Origin: Octopus bimaculoides
Lineage: Eukaryota
Direction of reading: 5' to 3'
DNA: 47,950 nt
Assembly (NCBI RefSeq): GCF_001194135.2
Contig: NC_068986.1
Coordinates: 37,396,966-37,444,915 of the forward strand
Both the position numbers and the translations under genes were made by a program. The notes under the pieces were generated by a model. The model did no database searches. It saw nothing but the letters and a program-made list of their open reading frames with translations, and was not told where the DNA came from. Positions 10,847 through 21,968 of the stretch are shown piece after piece. Position 1 is the stretch's first letter. The number at the start of each line of letters is the position of its first letter.

Positions 10847-10954
10847 GGACACAATTGTCCAGGAACGCATTTGTCTAGGGATGCAAATGTCCAGAGACGC
10901 AATTGTCTAGTACGCAGTTGTCCGGGACGCAAATGTCCAGAACGGAATACTCCG
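10847..10954. repeat. seven tandem 15-16 bp units, consensus ~GGACGCAAWTGTCYA
   Basis: Units: ggacacaattgtcca / ggaacgcatttgtcta / gggatgcaaatgtcca / gagacgcaattgtcta / gtacgcagttgtccg / ggacgcaaatgtcca / gaacggaatactccg. Confidence 0.9.
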
Positions 10955-10959
10955 AGAAC

Positions 10960-11400
10960 CTCATCTACACTGGTGCTTCCAGATATATCTCACATGATTG
11001 ATGACAGCAGTTCTTGGACAGCCAAAGTGAATTCAAATTTTGGGAAACTATGCTCAACAGCTAGTGAATGCTAGGGTATAAGTGTCACCACGAAGCCGAA
11101 TGTCTACCAAGCACTCGTACGGAGAGCGCTTCGCTGGACCTGCGAAACATGAACATCCTGCAGATACCACGAGATGGATTAAGTTCCATGTTAAATGACA
11201 TGACAATATTCCAAGCACAAAATTGCTTCAACAGAGAAAGCAATACATACTCTCTTGCAAAATAACCAAATTCGATGGGCCTGTCCTAAATAACAAGTGA
11301 ATATTAAAGCAACCATTCTGTAACACGCTTGATACAACGATAGGAAAAGCGGATGGAAAGACAAAGCGTTAGAGGACACAACAGAAATAATTTTTTTTTA
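10960..11400 (+). mobile_element. RTE/BovB-like LINE, C-terminal part of the RT region, frameshifted
   Basis: Across frames: IDDSSSWTAKVNSNFGKL..GISVTTKPNVYQALV..CET*(W)T..K*(W)HDNIPSTKLL..IHTLLQNNQIRWA. These match recalled RTE motifs (IDDE..RIAKAS.AFGRL; RGI.L.TKL.VY.AVV; CETWT; I.WQDKIP.TEVL; IHTLL...QLRWAGH). Confidence 0.85.
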
Positions 11401-11714
11401 ATATTATGGGCTTTTACAAAGAATCCTGGGAAAAACCTAGCTTAAAACAGAATACGCTCTCATCACCATGGATAAAAATTCATGAAGACATGCATTAAGC
11501 ATCGAAAAGTAAACGTAAGCTCCACAAAGCGTGATCAGCTGGAATCGCGAATGAAACCATAGGCCACATGTGTCCTACATGTGGCCAGAATTAGCCCCAT
11601 TATCCATCTACAGGCTCATGAAACACTAATAAATTGCATGGCTGTAGTCATGGTCTTCATCGATCACCGATGAACGAAAGCGCTATGTTTATATCAAAGA
11701 GGATCAAAGGACTT

Positions 11715-11960
11715 TTCCCAGCCATAGGCTGATAAGGCCGATTTTCCGGATTCTGTGGCGTATATATTAACCCCTTTCCCACTTGGACGGGACGCCGATC
11801 CATCACAAAATTATTAGATTACACATTTTTGCCAGCCGAGTGGACTGAAGCAACATGAAATGAAGTATATTGCTCAAGAGCACAATGCGGTGCAGGATTC
11901 GACGCTACAGAGACTACAGATCATGAGTGCAGCATCCTAACCACTAAGCCGCTACGCCAC
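11715..11960 (-). mobile_element. tRNA-derived SINE family C variant with CORE-like segment
   Basis: ttttgccagccgagtggactgaagcaacatgaaatgaagtatattgctcaagagcacaa..caggattcgac..cctaaccactaagcc. The central segment resembles the CORE-type SINE domain (recalled). Confidence 0.8.
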
Positions 11961-12377
11961 GCACACACACACATGTATGCATACATACATACATGCATAC
12001 ATACATACATACACACATTCAAACATACATACATGCATACATACTTACATACATACATATATACATATGCATTTACGAATACATGCATCTATATGTGTGT
12101 GTGCGTGTGTATGTATGTATGTATGTATGTATAGATGCCTATATATAAATAGACACACATACATATATATTGCACATGTATGTGTATGTGTAATATTTGT
12201 ATATGCATGCATATGTATGTATATATGCATACAGATACACGTGTGTGTGTAGTGTGTGTNNNNNNNNNNNNNNNNNNNNNNNNNNNNNNNNNNNNNNNNN
12301 NNNNNNNNNNNNNNNNNNNNNNNNNNNNNNNNNNNNNNNNNNNNNNNNNNNNNNNNNNNNNNNNNNNNNNNNNNNNN

Positions 12378-12458
<81 letters not shown>

Positions 12459-13909
12459 AAACGCTGGAGTATGAGAGGAGGATGTTTACGTTTTGTTTGC
12501 CCAGTATAGGAAATATATATTTCAGTAATGAGACAACAGGAAGTGATACAGTTCGAATAGGATTCAGTTGACATCGGTCCAGGCCAGTGACTAAGCTCGC
12601 TAATGTAGCAACAGAAGTTTATCACGAGTAACATTATCATAACCCTCAACAACCATAACTCCCTCCATTACACTCCATCCGAGTTCCCCACCATCACCAC
12701 CATCACCACCATCACTACCATCAACATTATTTGCCACTGTATGTGAGTCATCGTTTGCGTTGTATGATTTAGAAAAGCGCAGAGACGTTTAATAATATGG
12801 CGCTGGAAATAGAGCGTTGTAGCAGAATTTATGTATGGAGCAAGTGAAATTCAGTAATAGAGGAATTTGAGATCTTGGATTAAATGAAAAATTTTAGAAA
12901 ATATCATGGCATTTTCCAAACCCTTGTGTAAAAAGACAAAGTCATGAAATAATAAAAAAAATATATATATATTCGAATGTTAAACAAGAAAGAAGTTAAG
13001 TGTTTCTATGAAAAACAATATTTAATTATAATGAAGTCATCCCCGAAGTGAAAACCGGAAGTATATCGTAGAATTTGATGACATTAACAGACTATCGTCT
13101 CTGATTATTCATAACCCAACTTTGGTTATGATAGAGTTTAGTGTTAAGTTGTTTTATACTGTCGGACTGAGCCAGAAGAACATTTAAAATGTTGGATATC
13201 TAAATATACACAGTATGTGTCGAAAGGGGGTCTTGAAATACACGTAAGTGGCAAGACATTGAGTTAAAATTTTGGATCATACATTGGTCTTGTCTTAGAT
13301 GTCTTGTTTCCTGAACCGTTCTGAATTCTTTAGAATATAGAAATAGAAGAAAAAGAAGAAAAGAATTATATAGAAATATCCTCCTAAACATACTTAAAGC
13401 TAGAACATATCCTTAAAACAAATCCTCCACAACATACTTAAAGCTAGAAGCGACTGTCTCCCTTCTGTTGCAGTCTCCAGTTTAGCCATGTGTTTGAATC
13501 CTTTGTTTTCGCAGTAGTAATAAAGCATAAGAATTAAGTGGTAGAATTGGTAAATTGGCAGATTAAATGTTTTACTGTATTTAGTAATGTCTCTTTGCAT
13601 TTTAAGTTCGTGATACGAGTACGATTGGCTTTGCACTTCGTCATCCTAATAAGTACATCGATCAGGTCGTAAGATCCATTTTACTCTTCCTCTTTTAAAC
13701 GTAAAAATGTCATGTGTCTAAGATAGAAATTATTACCATGAACTTCACAGCTTAAGCACTGTAGTAGTAACAAATTGAGTTATGAAAAATCGGAACTGAT
13801 TGTCTGTTAATACCATTTCGCGATTTACTTCCAGTTTTTTAGTTCGGAAGATGATATCATTATAATTCTTCTTTATCATTGTCCTTCCTCCCACTCCTCT
13901 TCCGCTTCC

Positions 13910-14053
13910 TTATCATCATCATCATCATCTTTCCCCATTCTTCTTCTTCTTCTTCTTCTTCTTCTTCTTCTTCTTCTTCTTCTTCTTCTTCTTCTTCTTC
14001 TTCTTCTTTTTCTTCTTCTTCTTCTTCTTTTTCTTCTTCTTCTTTTTCTTCTT

Positions 14054-14084
<31 letters not shown>

Positions 14085-14112
14085 TTATTATTATTATTAT
14101 TATTATTATTTT

Positions 14113-14144
<32 letters not shown>

Positions 14145-14195
14145 TTCTTCTTCTTCTTCTTCTTCTTCTTCTTCTTCTTCTTCTTCTTCTTCTTC
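13910..14195 (+). repeat. compound (CAT)/(CTT)/(ATT)/(CTT) microsatellite
   Basis: Direct read; source of the poly-R and poly-S ORFs. Confidence 0.98.
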
Positions 14196-14392
14196 CGGGC
14201 AAAATGCTTAGCGGTATTTCATTCATCTTTACATTCTGAGTTCAAATTCCGCCGGGGCTGATTTTGTCTTTCATCCTTTCGGGGTCGATAAATTAACTAC
14301 CAGTTGAGTACTGAGGTCAATGTAATCGACTTAACCCCTAACCTCTTCCCCAAAATTTTAGGCCTTGTGCCTTTAGTAGAAAGGATTATTAT
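14195..14392 (+). mobile_element. tRNA-derived SINE family B, slightly 5'-truncated
   Basis: ccgggcaaaatgcttagcggtatttc..B-box GAGTTCAAATTCC (14238-14250)..ctttcatcctttcggggtcgataaattaa..ggccttgtgcc..agtagaaaggattatt. Confidence 0.9.
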
Positions 14393-14423
14393 TATCATCA
14401 TCAGCAGCAGCATTATCGATTAT

Positions 14424-14681
14424 ATGAACATTGTTTGAAAATAATTGTTCGAAAACAGTCATTCGAAAACAATTATTCAAAGAAACATTTATTCAAATGG
14501 AAAATTGTATGAATGAAAAATATTCAAAAGGACAATTATATGAAATGCTAATTATTCTAATTTTTTTATTTTATTTAAACAAAAATGATAAAATTAAAAA
14601 TTAAGTACACAAATGATACTTATTTCGAATAACTGTTTTTCGACTAATTGTTTTCGAACAATTTTTTCGAACAATTTTCAT
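14424..14681. mobile_element. foldback-type MITE with ~58-bp imperfect TIRs built from TTCGAAAACAATT-like subrepeats
   Basis: The left arm atgaacattgtttgaaaataattgttcgaaaacagtcattcgaaaacaattattcaaa (14424-14481) aligns to the reverse complement of 14624-14681. Confidence 0.75.
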
Positions 14682-14684
14682 GTC

Positions 14685-14685
<1 letters not shown>

Positions 14686-14729
<44 letters not shown>

Positions 14730-14730
14730 A

Positions 14731-14791
<61 letters not shown>

Positions 14792-14810
14792 GTCATCATC
14801 ATCATCATCA
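14686..14810 (+). repeat. (CAT)n microsatellite
   Basis: Direct read; source of the poly-H, poly-I and poly-S ORFs. Confidence 0.98.
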
Positions 14811-15030
14811 GTGGCAGGAATGGATTGGTGGAATCACAAGAGCGCAGGATGAAATGCCTTGTGATAGTTGTTTCGGTTCTTTACGATTTGAGTTCAAATC
14901 ACACTGTGATCAACTTTGCTTTTCACCCATCTGAGATCAATAAAATAAGGTATCAGTCTAGTACTAGAATCCATATAATCGATTGTTCCTTTCCCTCAAA
15001 ATTTGGGGGCATTGTGCCCCTATAAGCAAT
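14810..15030 (+). mobile_element. SINE family B, degenerate
   Basis: ttgagttcaaatc..actttgcttttcaccc..aaaataagg..caaaattt..cattgtgcc. Confidence 0.7.
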
Positions 15031-15212
15031 TATTGGCCAAGTGGTTAAAAGGTTTGCACAAACAAACAAAAATAACGCAGCTTAGATAAGGAACAGAGTC
15101 AACGACTATTGAAAACTTTAGGAAAAATACTAAAGTAAATGCGTGGAAACTTTACCGGTGAGTGTGTTAAATAATAAGGCACTAAAAGAGAATGACTCTC
15201 TCCCCAGAAACA

Positions 15213-15257
<45 letters not shown>

Positions 15258-15763
15258 CAAGGTTTTTAACTTTTAAATTTGCATATTCAAAAGAGACAGA
15301 GACTCTATATTGGTAACGGTTGCTACATCCTCTGGAANNNNNNNNNNNNNNNNNNNNNNNNNNNNNNNNNNNNNNNNNNNNNNNNNNNNNNNNNNNNNNN
15401 NNNNNNNNNNNNNNNNNNNNNNNNNNNNNNNNNNNNNNNNNNNNNNNNNNNNNNNNNNNNNNNNNNNNNNNNNNNNNNNNNNNNNNNNNNNNNNNNNNNN
15501 NNNNNNNNNNNNNNNNNNNNNNNNNNNNNNNNNNNNNNNNNNNNNNNNNNNNNNNNNNNNNNNNNNNNNNNNNNNNNNNNNNNNNNNNNNNNNNNNNNNN
15601 NNNNNNNNNNNNNNNNNNNNNNNNNNNNNNNNNNNNNNNNNNNNNNNNNNNNNNNNNNNNNNNNNNNNNNNNNNNNNNNNNNNNNNNNNNNNNNNNNNNN
15701 NNNNNNNNNNNNNNNNNNNNNNNNNNNNNNNNNNNNNNNNNNNNNNNNNNNNNNNNNNNNTGA

Positions 15764-15821
<58 letters not shown>

Positions 15822-15873
15822 ATATGTATATATATATACTAGGAACGAAAGAAACCGTGCTCGATAATTATAT

Positions 15874-15914
<41 letters not shown>

Positions 15915-15915
<1 letters not shown>

Positions 15916-16100
15916 TTAGTGGCAGGTCATAACATTCGTTTCAATCAAACCCCCAGTACGCGACCAGGCGAGCACTTCGATATTTTATCGATCGATCCCA
16001 AAAGGATGAAAGGCAAAGGATGACTTCAGCCATAAACCAATACGAAAACTAATGAGACCCAACTAAATACCCCATGATATTTTTTGTCTGACGCTTTGCT
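15915..16100 (-). mobile_element. SINE family B, degenerate
   Basis: aaccccagtacgcgacc..ttttatcgatc..aaaaggatgaaaggcaaag. Confidence 0.6.
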
Positions 16101-16477
16101 AATGTCCACAGATAGTTTTAAATCATAGAATTAACATGCGAAAATCTCCCTTAAATTTTGCTATCCTTTAGTTCATAGCCATTTTTTTATCTCCATACGA
16201 CGCTATAATTTTTGTAAATATTCTTTATCCTCTTCTCTTGTTCAATGTATGTCTGTTTCATCATTCTTTAATGTCCTTAGAATTTCATGCTTTCTCACCC
16301 CTACGCATCCTCTACCTTACATCTTTAAGGTTCTGCCTCATCTGTTGTACTCAGTTTCCCAATCCTGACCCCGAATGCCACCAGACTGGTGTCGACGATG
16401 ATAAGGCTAACCGAAACATTGATGTCTCATCCTTAGTAATAGCTTCACAGATGAATGATCAAAAAAATGTCTCCTAT

Positions 16478-16514
<37 letters not shown>

Positions 16515-16802
16515 TACACATGCAAACGCACATACACTTACAAACAAACAAAACACGCATATAAAATTTAAAGTGTTANNNNNNNNNNNNNNNNNNNNNN
16601 NNNNNNNNNNNNNNNNNNNNNNNNNNNNNNNNNNNNNNNNNNNNNNNNNNNNNNNNNNNNNNNNNNNNNNNNNNNNNNNNNNNNNNNNNNNNNNNNNNNN
16701 NNNNNNNNNNNNNNNNNNNNNNNNNNNNNNNNNNNNNNNNNNNNNNNNNNATATATATATATATGTACATATATATACATATATAGGTGGATGTGCGTGC
16801 GG

Positions 16803-16842
<40 letters not shown>

Positions 16843-17334
16843 AATGTGTAAGATATGCATATACACACGCTTGTACACACATATTTATACATACAAATGT
16901 GTGTGTAATACACACAAACACACACATATATGCATACATATATGACTGTGTTATTGTATATTTATCTATGTATGAGTATACACACACACACATAGGTATA
17001 CATAGTTATATGTATATATGTACATATATATATATATATGCACATATATATANNNNNNNNNNNNNNNNNNNNNNNNNNNNNNNNNNNNNNNNNNNNNNNN
17101 NNNNNNNNNNNNNNNNNNNNNNNNNNNNNNATATATATATATGATAATATACTAAAAAACACAGATGGAGTTATTACAAGGAGACAATATGAATCATTTG
17201 GGGGTGGTTTAGGAAATGGATACGTGACACTATATACATACTCACAGTCGCATGCATAGACACACGCTATACACATCTCGATCCTGAGCTTTTAACATAT
17301 ACACAAACTTGCACACGTATATACGCATGCATTC

Positions 17335-17535
17335 GTTAATATTAGTCACCGTCTAAGGGTGGAGGATTAACAGAATTGGGAGAACGACATTCAGAATACT
17401 TCTCATTGTGTTGTTGTATATCTTTATGGTGTGACTTCAAGTCTTCCCCAGATCGAATTTGCTTTCTATCCTTTGCGGGTGGGGGGATCGATAAAAGGAG
17501 AACCAAATAGGTAGTGGAATTGATCTCATCGATTA
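17335..17535 (+). mobile_element. SINE family B, degenerate
   Basis: gacttcaagtc..atcgaatttgctttctatcctttg..ggatcgataaaa..gatctcatcgatt. Confidence 0.5.
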
Positions 17536-18092
17536 TGCAGAGAATGTGCTTTAATTATGAATTATAATTTTACTTTTTGAAATTTTATTCCGCTTCACTA
17601 ATACAAACAGTTATTGTAAGCAAACCCCCCCAAATACACACACTAAAAATACATATAAAAAACACATAGACACGCGTACACATGCGCAGTCGCTCACAAA
17701 CACACACAGACGCACACAGATACAGACGCAAGTGTATGCGCAGATAAAGATACACACACCACAGAAAGACAAGATGGAGACACGTAATGTTGGAGAGTCA
17801 CTGAAGCGGTCACAGGATGTGTGACAAAAGACTTCCGAACTAAAGACAATAAGAAACCAGAATAAATCTGAAGTTAAGAACGAATGTATAGTGTGTGTAT
17901 GTTTATTTAGCAAAAAAAAGAAAAAAGAAAAAGGACCGTCCCGAAATATAGCAAATTTTATTCCATTATACGTGTTTACTTAATAATTGAATTGTGATTT
18001 ACCTGAGTATACTAGTTTATTGATCGATTATTTTTTAGCAATAAGATTGAATATACGAAGCCTCAGGTGACCAAACCGATAATGTCAAATTA

Positions 18093-18432
18093 GTGGCATG
18101 GCTGTGTGATTAAGAAACCCTTTGCAACCACGTGGGTAAGCGTCATTTACTATAGCTGTGTGCAGACCGACGGTTTGTCAAGGAAGTTGGTAGTCGGAAA
18201 CTCTGTGGGAGCCGTCGTGTGTGTGTGTGGGTGTGGGTGTGGGTGTGGTTGTGTTTGTCTATTGCCCACGCTTGACTACCGGTTTTGATTTGATTTGTTT
18301 ACGTCCTTTGGCAAAAGAAGGCGATAGAATAAGTACCAGACTTTGAAATCTTTTACTGAGCTTGATTTGTTAGACTGAACACTTCGAGGTGATGCTCCAG
18401 CAAGGTTGCGATCTAATGAGTGAAACAAGCAA

Positions 18433-18440
<8 letters not shown>
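18093..18440 (+). mobile_element. SINE family A, degenerate, followed by (GAT)n
   Basis: gcatggctgtgtgattaag..ggtagtcggaaact..(TG)n..cgatagaataagtacc..gtgatgctccagca..gaaacaag. Confidence 0.75.
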
Positions 18441-18479
<39 letters not shown>

Positions 18480-19224
18480 AAAGAGTCCCCGCCACTTCAC
18501 TGTGTAAATAGCCTAAAACACTGCCGTTCAAAAGCCTAATCTTCTTAGAGTTAAAAAGAAATGACTGATTGGTACCAAAGTTTACAACTCTAAGGAATGG
18601 TAAACTTGAAGAACGGTAATAATTCCCAACACCCTCACCCTCACCGGTTTTTTTTTTCCTCCATTATTTATGGTCTGTGCACGTGTCTATGAATAATACA
18701 CCTGACGTCCTTTCTGCAGTACTTTAATTCCTTTTCTTCCTCCTCTCCGTTTGCACCGTTGTTGTCCGCCTCCAATGTGCATCCGCGGCCATATGTCGTA
18801 CCTTGCATATGACACGCTAAGCACAATTCACACCAATCATAATAGCATCAATTCTCTCTCCCGGGAGAGAGAGAACTGTCACAAGCATGACCGCCGATAA
18901 TGCACATTCTATAATTCTATTGCAATGATGACAAATTTAATCTGTCAGTTTTCTCTTATTCCACACTACGAAATGAACGACTCAAGTTAATGCGTCGTGC
19001 GGAAACCTGACGTATTTCAAGCAGGAGTGCTTTCCCGAACAAGCAATTTGAAAGGCTGAGAAAAGAGTTGAAGAATATAAAATGGATTCTGTCCGTCTGC
19101 AAAGTTCTTTTCTAAGACGCTTGATGCGATGCCAGGGTGATTTGACCATTACTTTTAGTTAGAAGGCATTGTGAACGCATATAGATACCCCCTCGTTAGA
19201 TTTACAATGTTTTTGCTGTTCTTT

Positions 19225-19296
19225 CAAATTTTATATGGACCCCAAAAATCTTATATGGTCCCCAGGGGACATATGAACTGCGGTTGAGAAGCACTG
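19225..19296 (-). mobile_element. hAT-like MITE terminus
   Basis: The minus strand begins CAGTGCTTCTCAACCGCAGTTCATATGTCCCCTGGGGACCATATAAG, with repeated ATATGGACCCC-type subterminal motifs. Confidence 0.6.
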
Positions 19297-19644
19297 TTGT
19301 AGTCCTGTTTTATTCTACTGTTCTTTCAGTGGAAAGTACCCAAGCAAGATAAAGTGTGTGAAGATCCTTTGTGAGGGTATTCTTACCTGTTATTTAACCC
19401 CAGTTCAGCAATAATTATAGTTAAGTAATTTGTAGTGTCAGATCCCCTGGCCCATACATTCTGTTTTTCACTTACGTGACAGAATGAGCTTTGTCACTTG
19501 TCTTTTTCTTTTTTTTTTTTTCTTGCTGGAATTTCTTACTTAACACCAGATTTCTGAAAATAGTCAGATTAAATAATAATTCAGTTGTTATTTAGACAAG
19601 TCTGATGCTTATATTATTTATTTTGTCTTCATATCCTCTTAGGT

Positions 19645-19876
19645 CCTATTTCTTGCATGAAATCAGTGGTAACCTTCATGCTGGGGGCACCGCCTCGATG
19701 AAAGTTTTAGTGGAACGAGTCAACCCCAGAATTTTTTTTTTTTTTTTTTTTTTGAAGAACGCAACTTATTCTATCAATATATCTTTTGCCGAGCCGCTAG
19801 GTTACGGAGACGTAAACATACCAAGACAGGTTGTCAAGCGGTGTTGGCAGTACACACATACACAAATATATATATA
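19645..19876 (-). mobile_element. SINE family A 3' part running into a gap
   Basis: catgctgggggcaccgcc..cttattctatc..gccgagccgctaggttacggagacgtaaac..ggttgtcaagcg is the reverse complement of the family A 3' half. Confidence 0.8.
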
Positions 19877-20992
19877 NNNNNNNNNNNNNNNNNNNNNNNN
19901 NNNNNNNNNNNNNNNNNNNNNNNNNNNNNNNNNNNNNNNNNNNNNNNNNNNNNNNNNNNNNNNNNNNNNNNNNNNNNNNNNNNNNNNNNNNNNNNNNNNN
20001 NNNNNNNNNNNNNNNNNNNNNNNNNNNNNNNNNNNNNNNNNNNNNNNNNNNNNNNNNNNNNNNNNNNNNNNNNNNNNNNNNNNNNNNNNNNNNNNNNNNN
20101 NNNNNNNNNNNNNNNNNNNNNNNNNNNNNNNNNNNNNNNNNNNNNNNNNNNNNNNNNNNNNNNNNNNNNNNNNNNNNNNNNNNNNNNNNNNNNNNNNNNN
20201 NNNNNNNNNNNNNNNNNNNNNNNNNNNNNNNNNNNNNNNNNNNNNNNNNNNNNNNNNNNNNNNNNNNNNATATATATATATATATATATATACCTATCTC
20301 TCTCTCTATCTATCTATCTATATATATATATATATATCAATCTATCTTTCTGTCTGTCTGTCAATTTTATCCCCCTTTTTTAGGCTCTTTCCTTCTCTCT
20401 TTATATCATTCTTTTTGTTTTCCATTCATTTATTCCTTCCTTCCGCAATTCTTTCATTCCTTCATTCGTGCGTTCGTTGTTCCTTCTTTCTTTCTATCAG
20501 TATGCTTGTGTGTCCATCAATCTGTCTGTCCTTTATTTCTTCCGACACCATTTATCTTTGTCCATTTTACCTTTCTTTCTTTTCCCGTTTTTTTTTCTTG
20601 TTTTTTTTCTTTCTTTTTTCTCTCGCAGCCCCCTTGATACCATGTTGGGTTTCCTGAACCATTACATATTAACAATGACTTTCCCTTTCCTGTTCACTCT
20701 GCCTCTTTGCCCCACTCCCCACAAAATGCAATGTCGCTTTATTTATTTATTATTTATTGTTAGGGTATTTCGTCTTCTGAAATTCCCAAAACGATCTTAT
20801 CTTATATGTCTGGCAAAATCTTTTGGTCATTGTTTCTTATTTGTTTTCTTCTTCGTATTATTTTTTTTACCCATACACTTCCTATTTTACCCCCTCCTCC
20901 CTCAACCCCCTCCTCCCCCTTCTCATCCTTCTTCCCTATTTTCGTATTTTACATCTTCCTTGTTTTGCATCTCTTATTAGCATTAATAATAT

Positions 20993-20996
20993 TGTA

Positions 20997-21083
<87 letters not shown>
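20993..21083 (+). repeat. (GTA)n microsatellite
   Basis: Direct read. Confidence 0.98.
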
Positions 21084-21356
21084 ATGACAATGGTGCTGGT
21101 AGTAGTGCTTGTTTTTTTTTTCCTCTGGCTCACTGTTTTTGCTTTTTTTTTTATTCATTATCTTCCTGTCCGTCTGTTTGTCCCCCTTAACTAATTTGTC
21201 ATTAAATATATTGTTCACATACACCGGTCGTTAACACACTGCATGCTTTATGCGTATGTGTGCATGTGTGTGTGTTTGTGTGCACGCGCGTGTGGCGAGA
21301 GGAGAAAGATAAGTATACAGAGAGAGGGCATTGGAGAAGGAGAGCGAAAGAAACAG

Positions 21357-21396
<40 letters not shown>

Positions 21397-21852
21397 GAAA
21401 ATATGGTAACAGAGAAAAAATAAGAGACGAAAGCGAAAAGTGAGTGAAAAGCCGAATGGAAAACAAGCACACGGAAATGAGAGATTAGGAGAAAGGTAAT
21501 AAATGAAGAGAGAATATTAGAAGAGAAGCAACAGAGATAGAGAAAGAGAAAGAGAGAGAATGAGATAGAGAGAGAGGGGGAAAGAATGACAACGAGAAAG
21601 CGGGTTTTAAGAATGAATAACTAGAAGGATAGAGAAGAGAAATAAGAAAGAGAGGAAAGTGAGATGGTGACGAAAGGTCGGTTGATGGAGAAAGAAGATT
21701 TAATGAAAAAGTTGAATGAAGAAAATTGAATGGAAAAGTAAGGAAAAGGCAAACAGGATTAATAGAAAGAGAGGGATTATTATGGAACGGAGATGTTCAG
21801 AAAGAACAGAGGGAGTAAGCTGTGTGGGGGTGGGGAGAGAGAGACTAAATTC

Positions 21853-21968
21853 GTTTCTACTCTAGGCACAAGGCCCGAAATTTTGGGGGAGGGGGCAGTC
21901 GATTAGATCGACCCCGGTACGCAATTGGTACTTAATTTATCGACCCTGAAAGGATGAAAGGCAAGATC
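21853..21968 (-). mobile_element. SINE family B, well-preserved 3' half running into a gap
   Basis: ttctactctaggcacaaggcccgaaattttgggggagggggcagtcgattagatcgaccccgg..ggtacttaatttatcgaccctgaaaggatgaaaggcaa; near-identical to 38163-38280. Confidence 0.9.

Noticed and set aside
10847-10954. CRISPR-like look of the dyad-symmetric repeats
   Set aside because: The units are contiguous with no spacers, the context is eukaryotic, and there are no cas genes.
11068-11265. LRR-like reading SLDLRNMNILQIPRDGL
   Set aside because: The other frames of the same bases give a colinear series of RTE LINE motifs, so the LRR resemblance is coincidental.
13876-14934. Poly-R, poly-S and poly-H ORFs
   Set aside because: Trinucleotide microsatellite translations with no flanking complex coding sequence.
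18700-18850. Minus-strand frame MQGTTYGRGCTLEADNNGANGEEEEKELKYCRKDV
   Set aside because: Short, weak donor (GTGTAT) and no recognisable domain.
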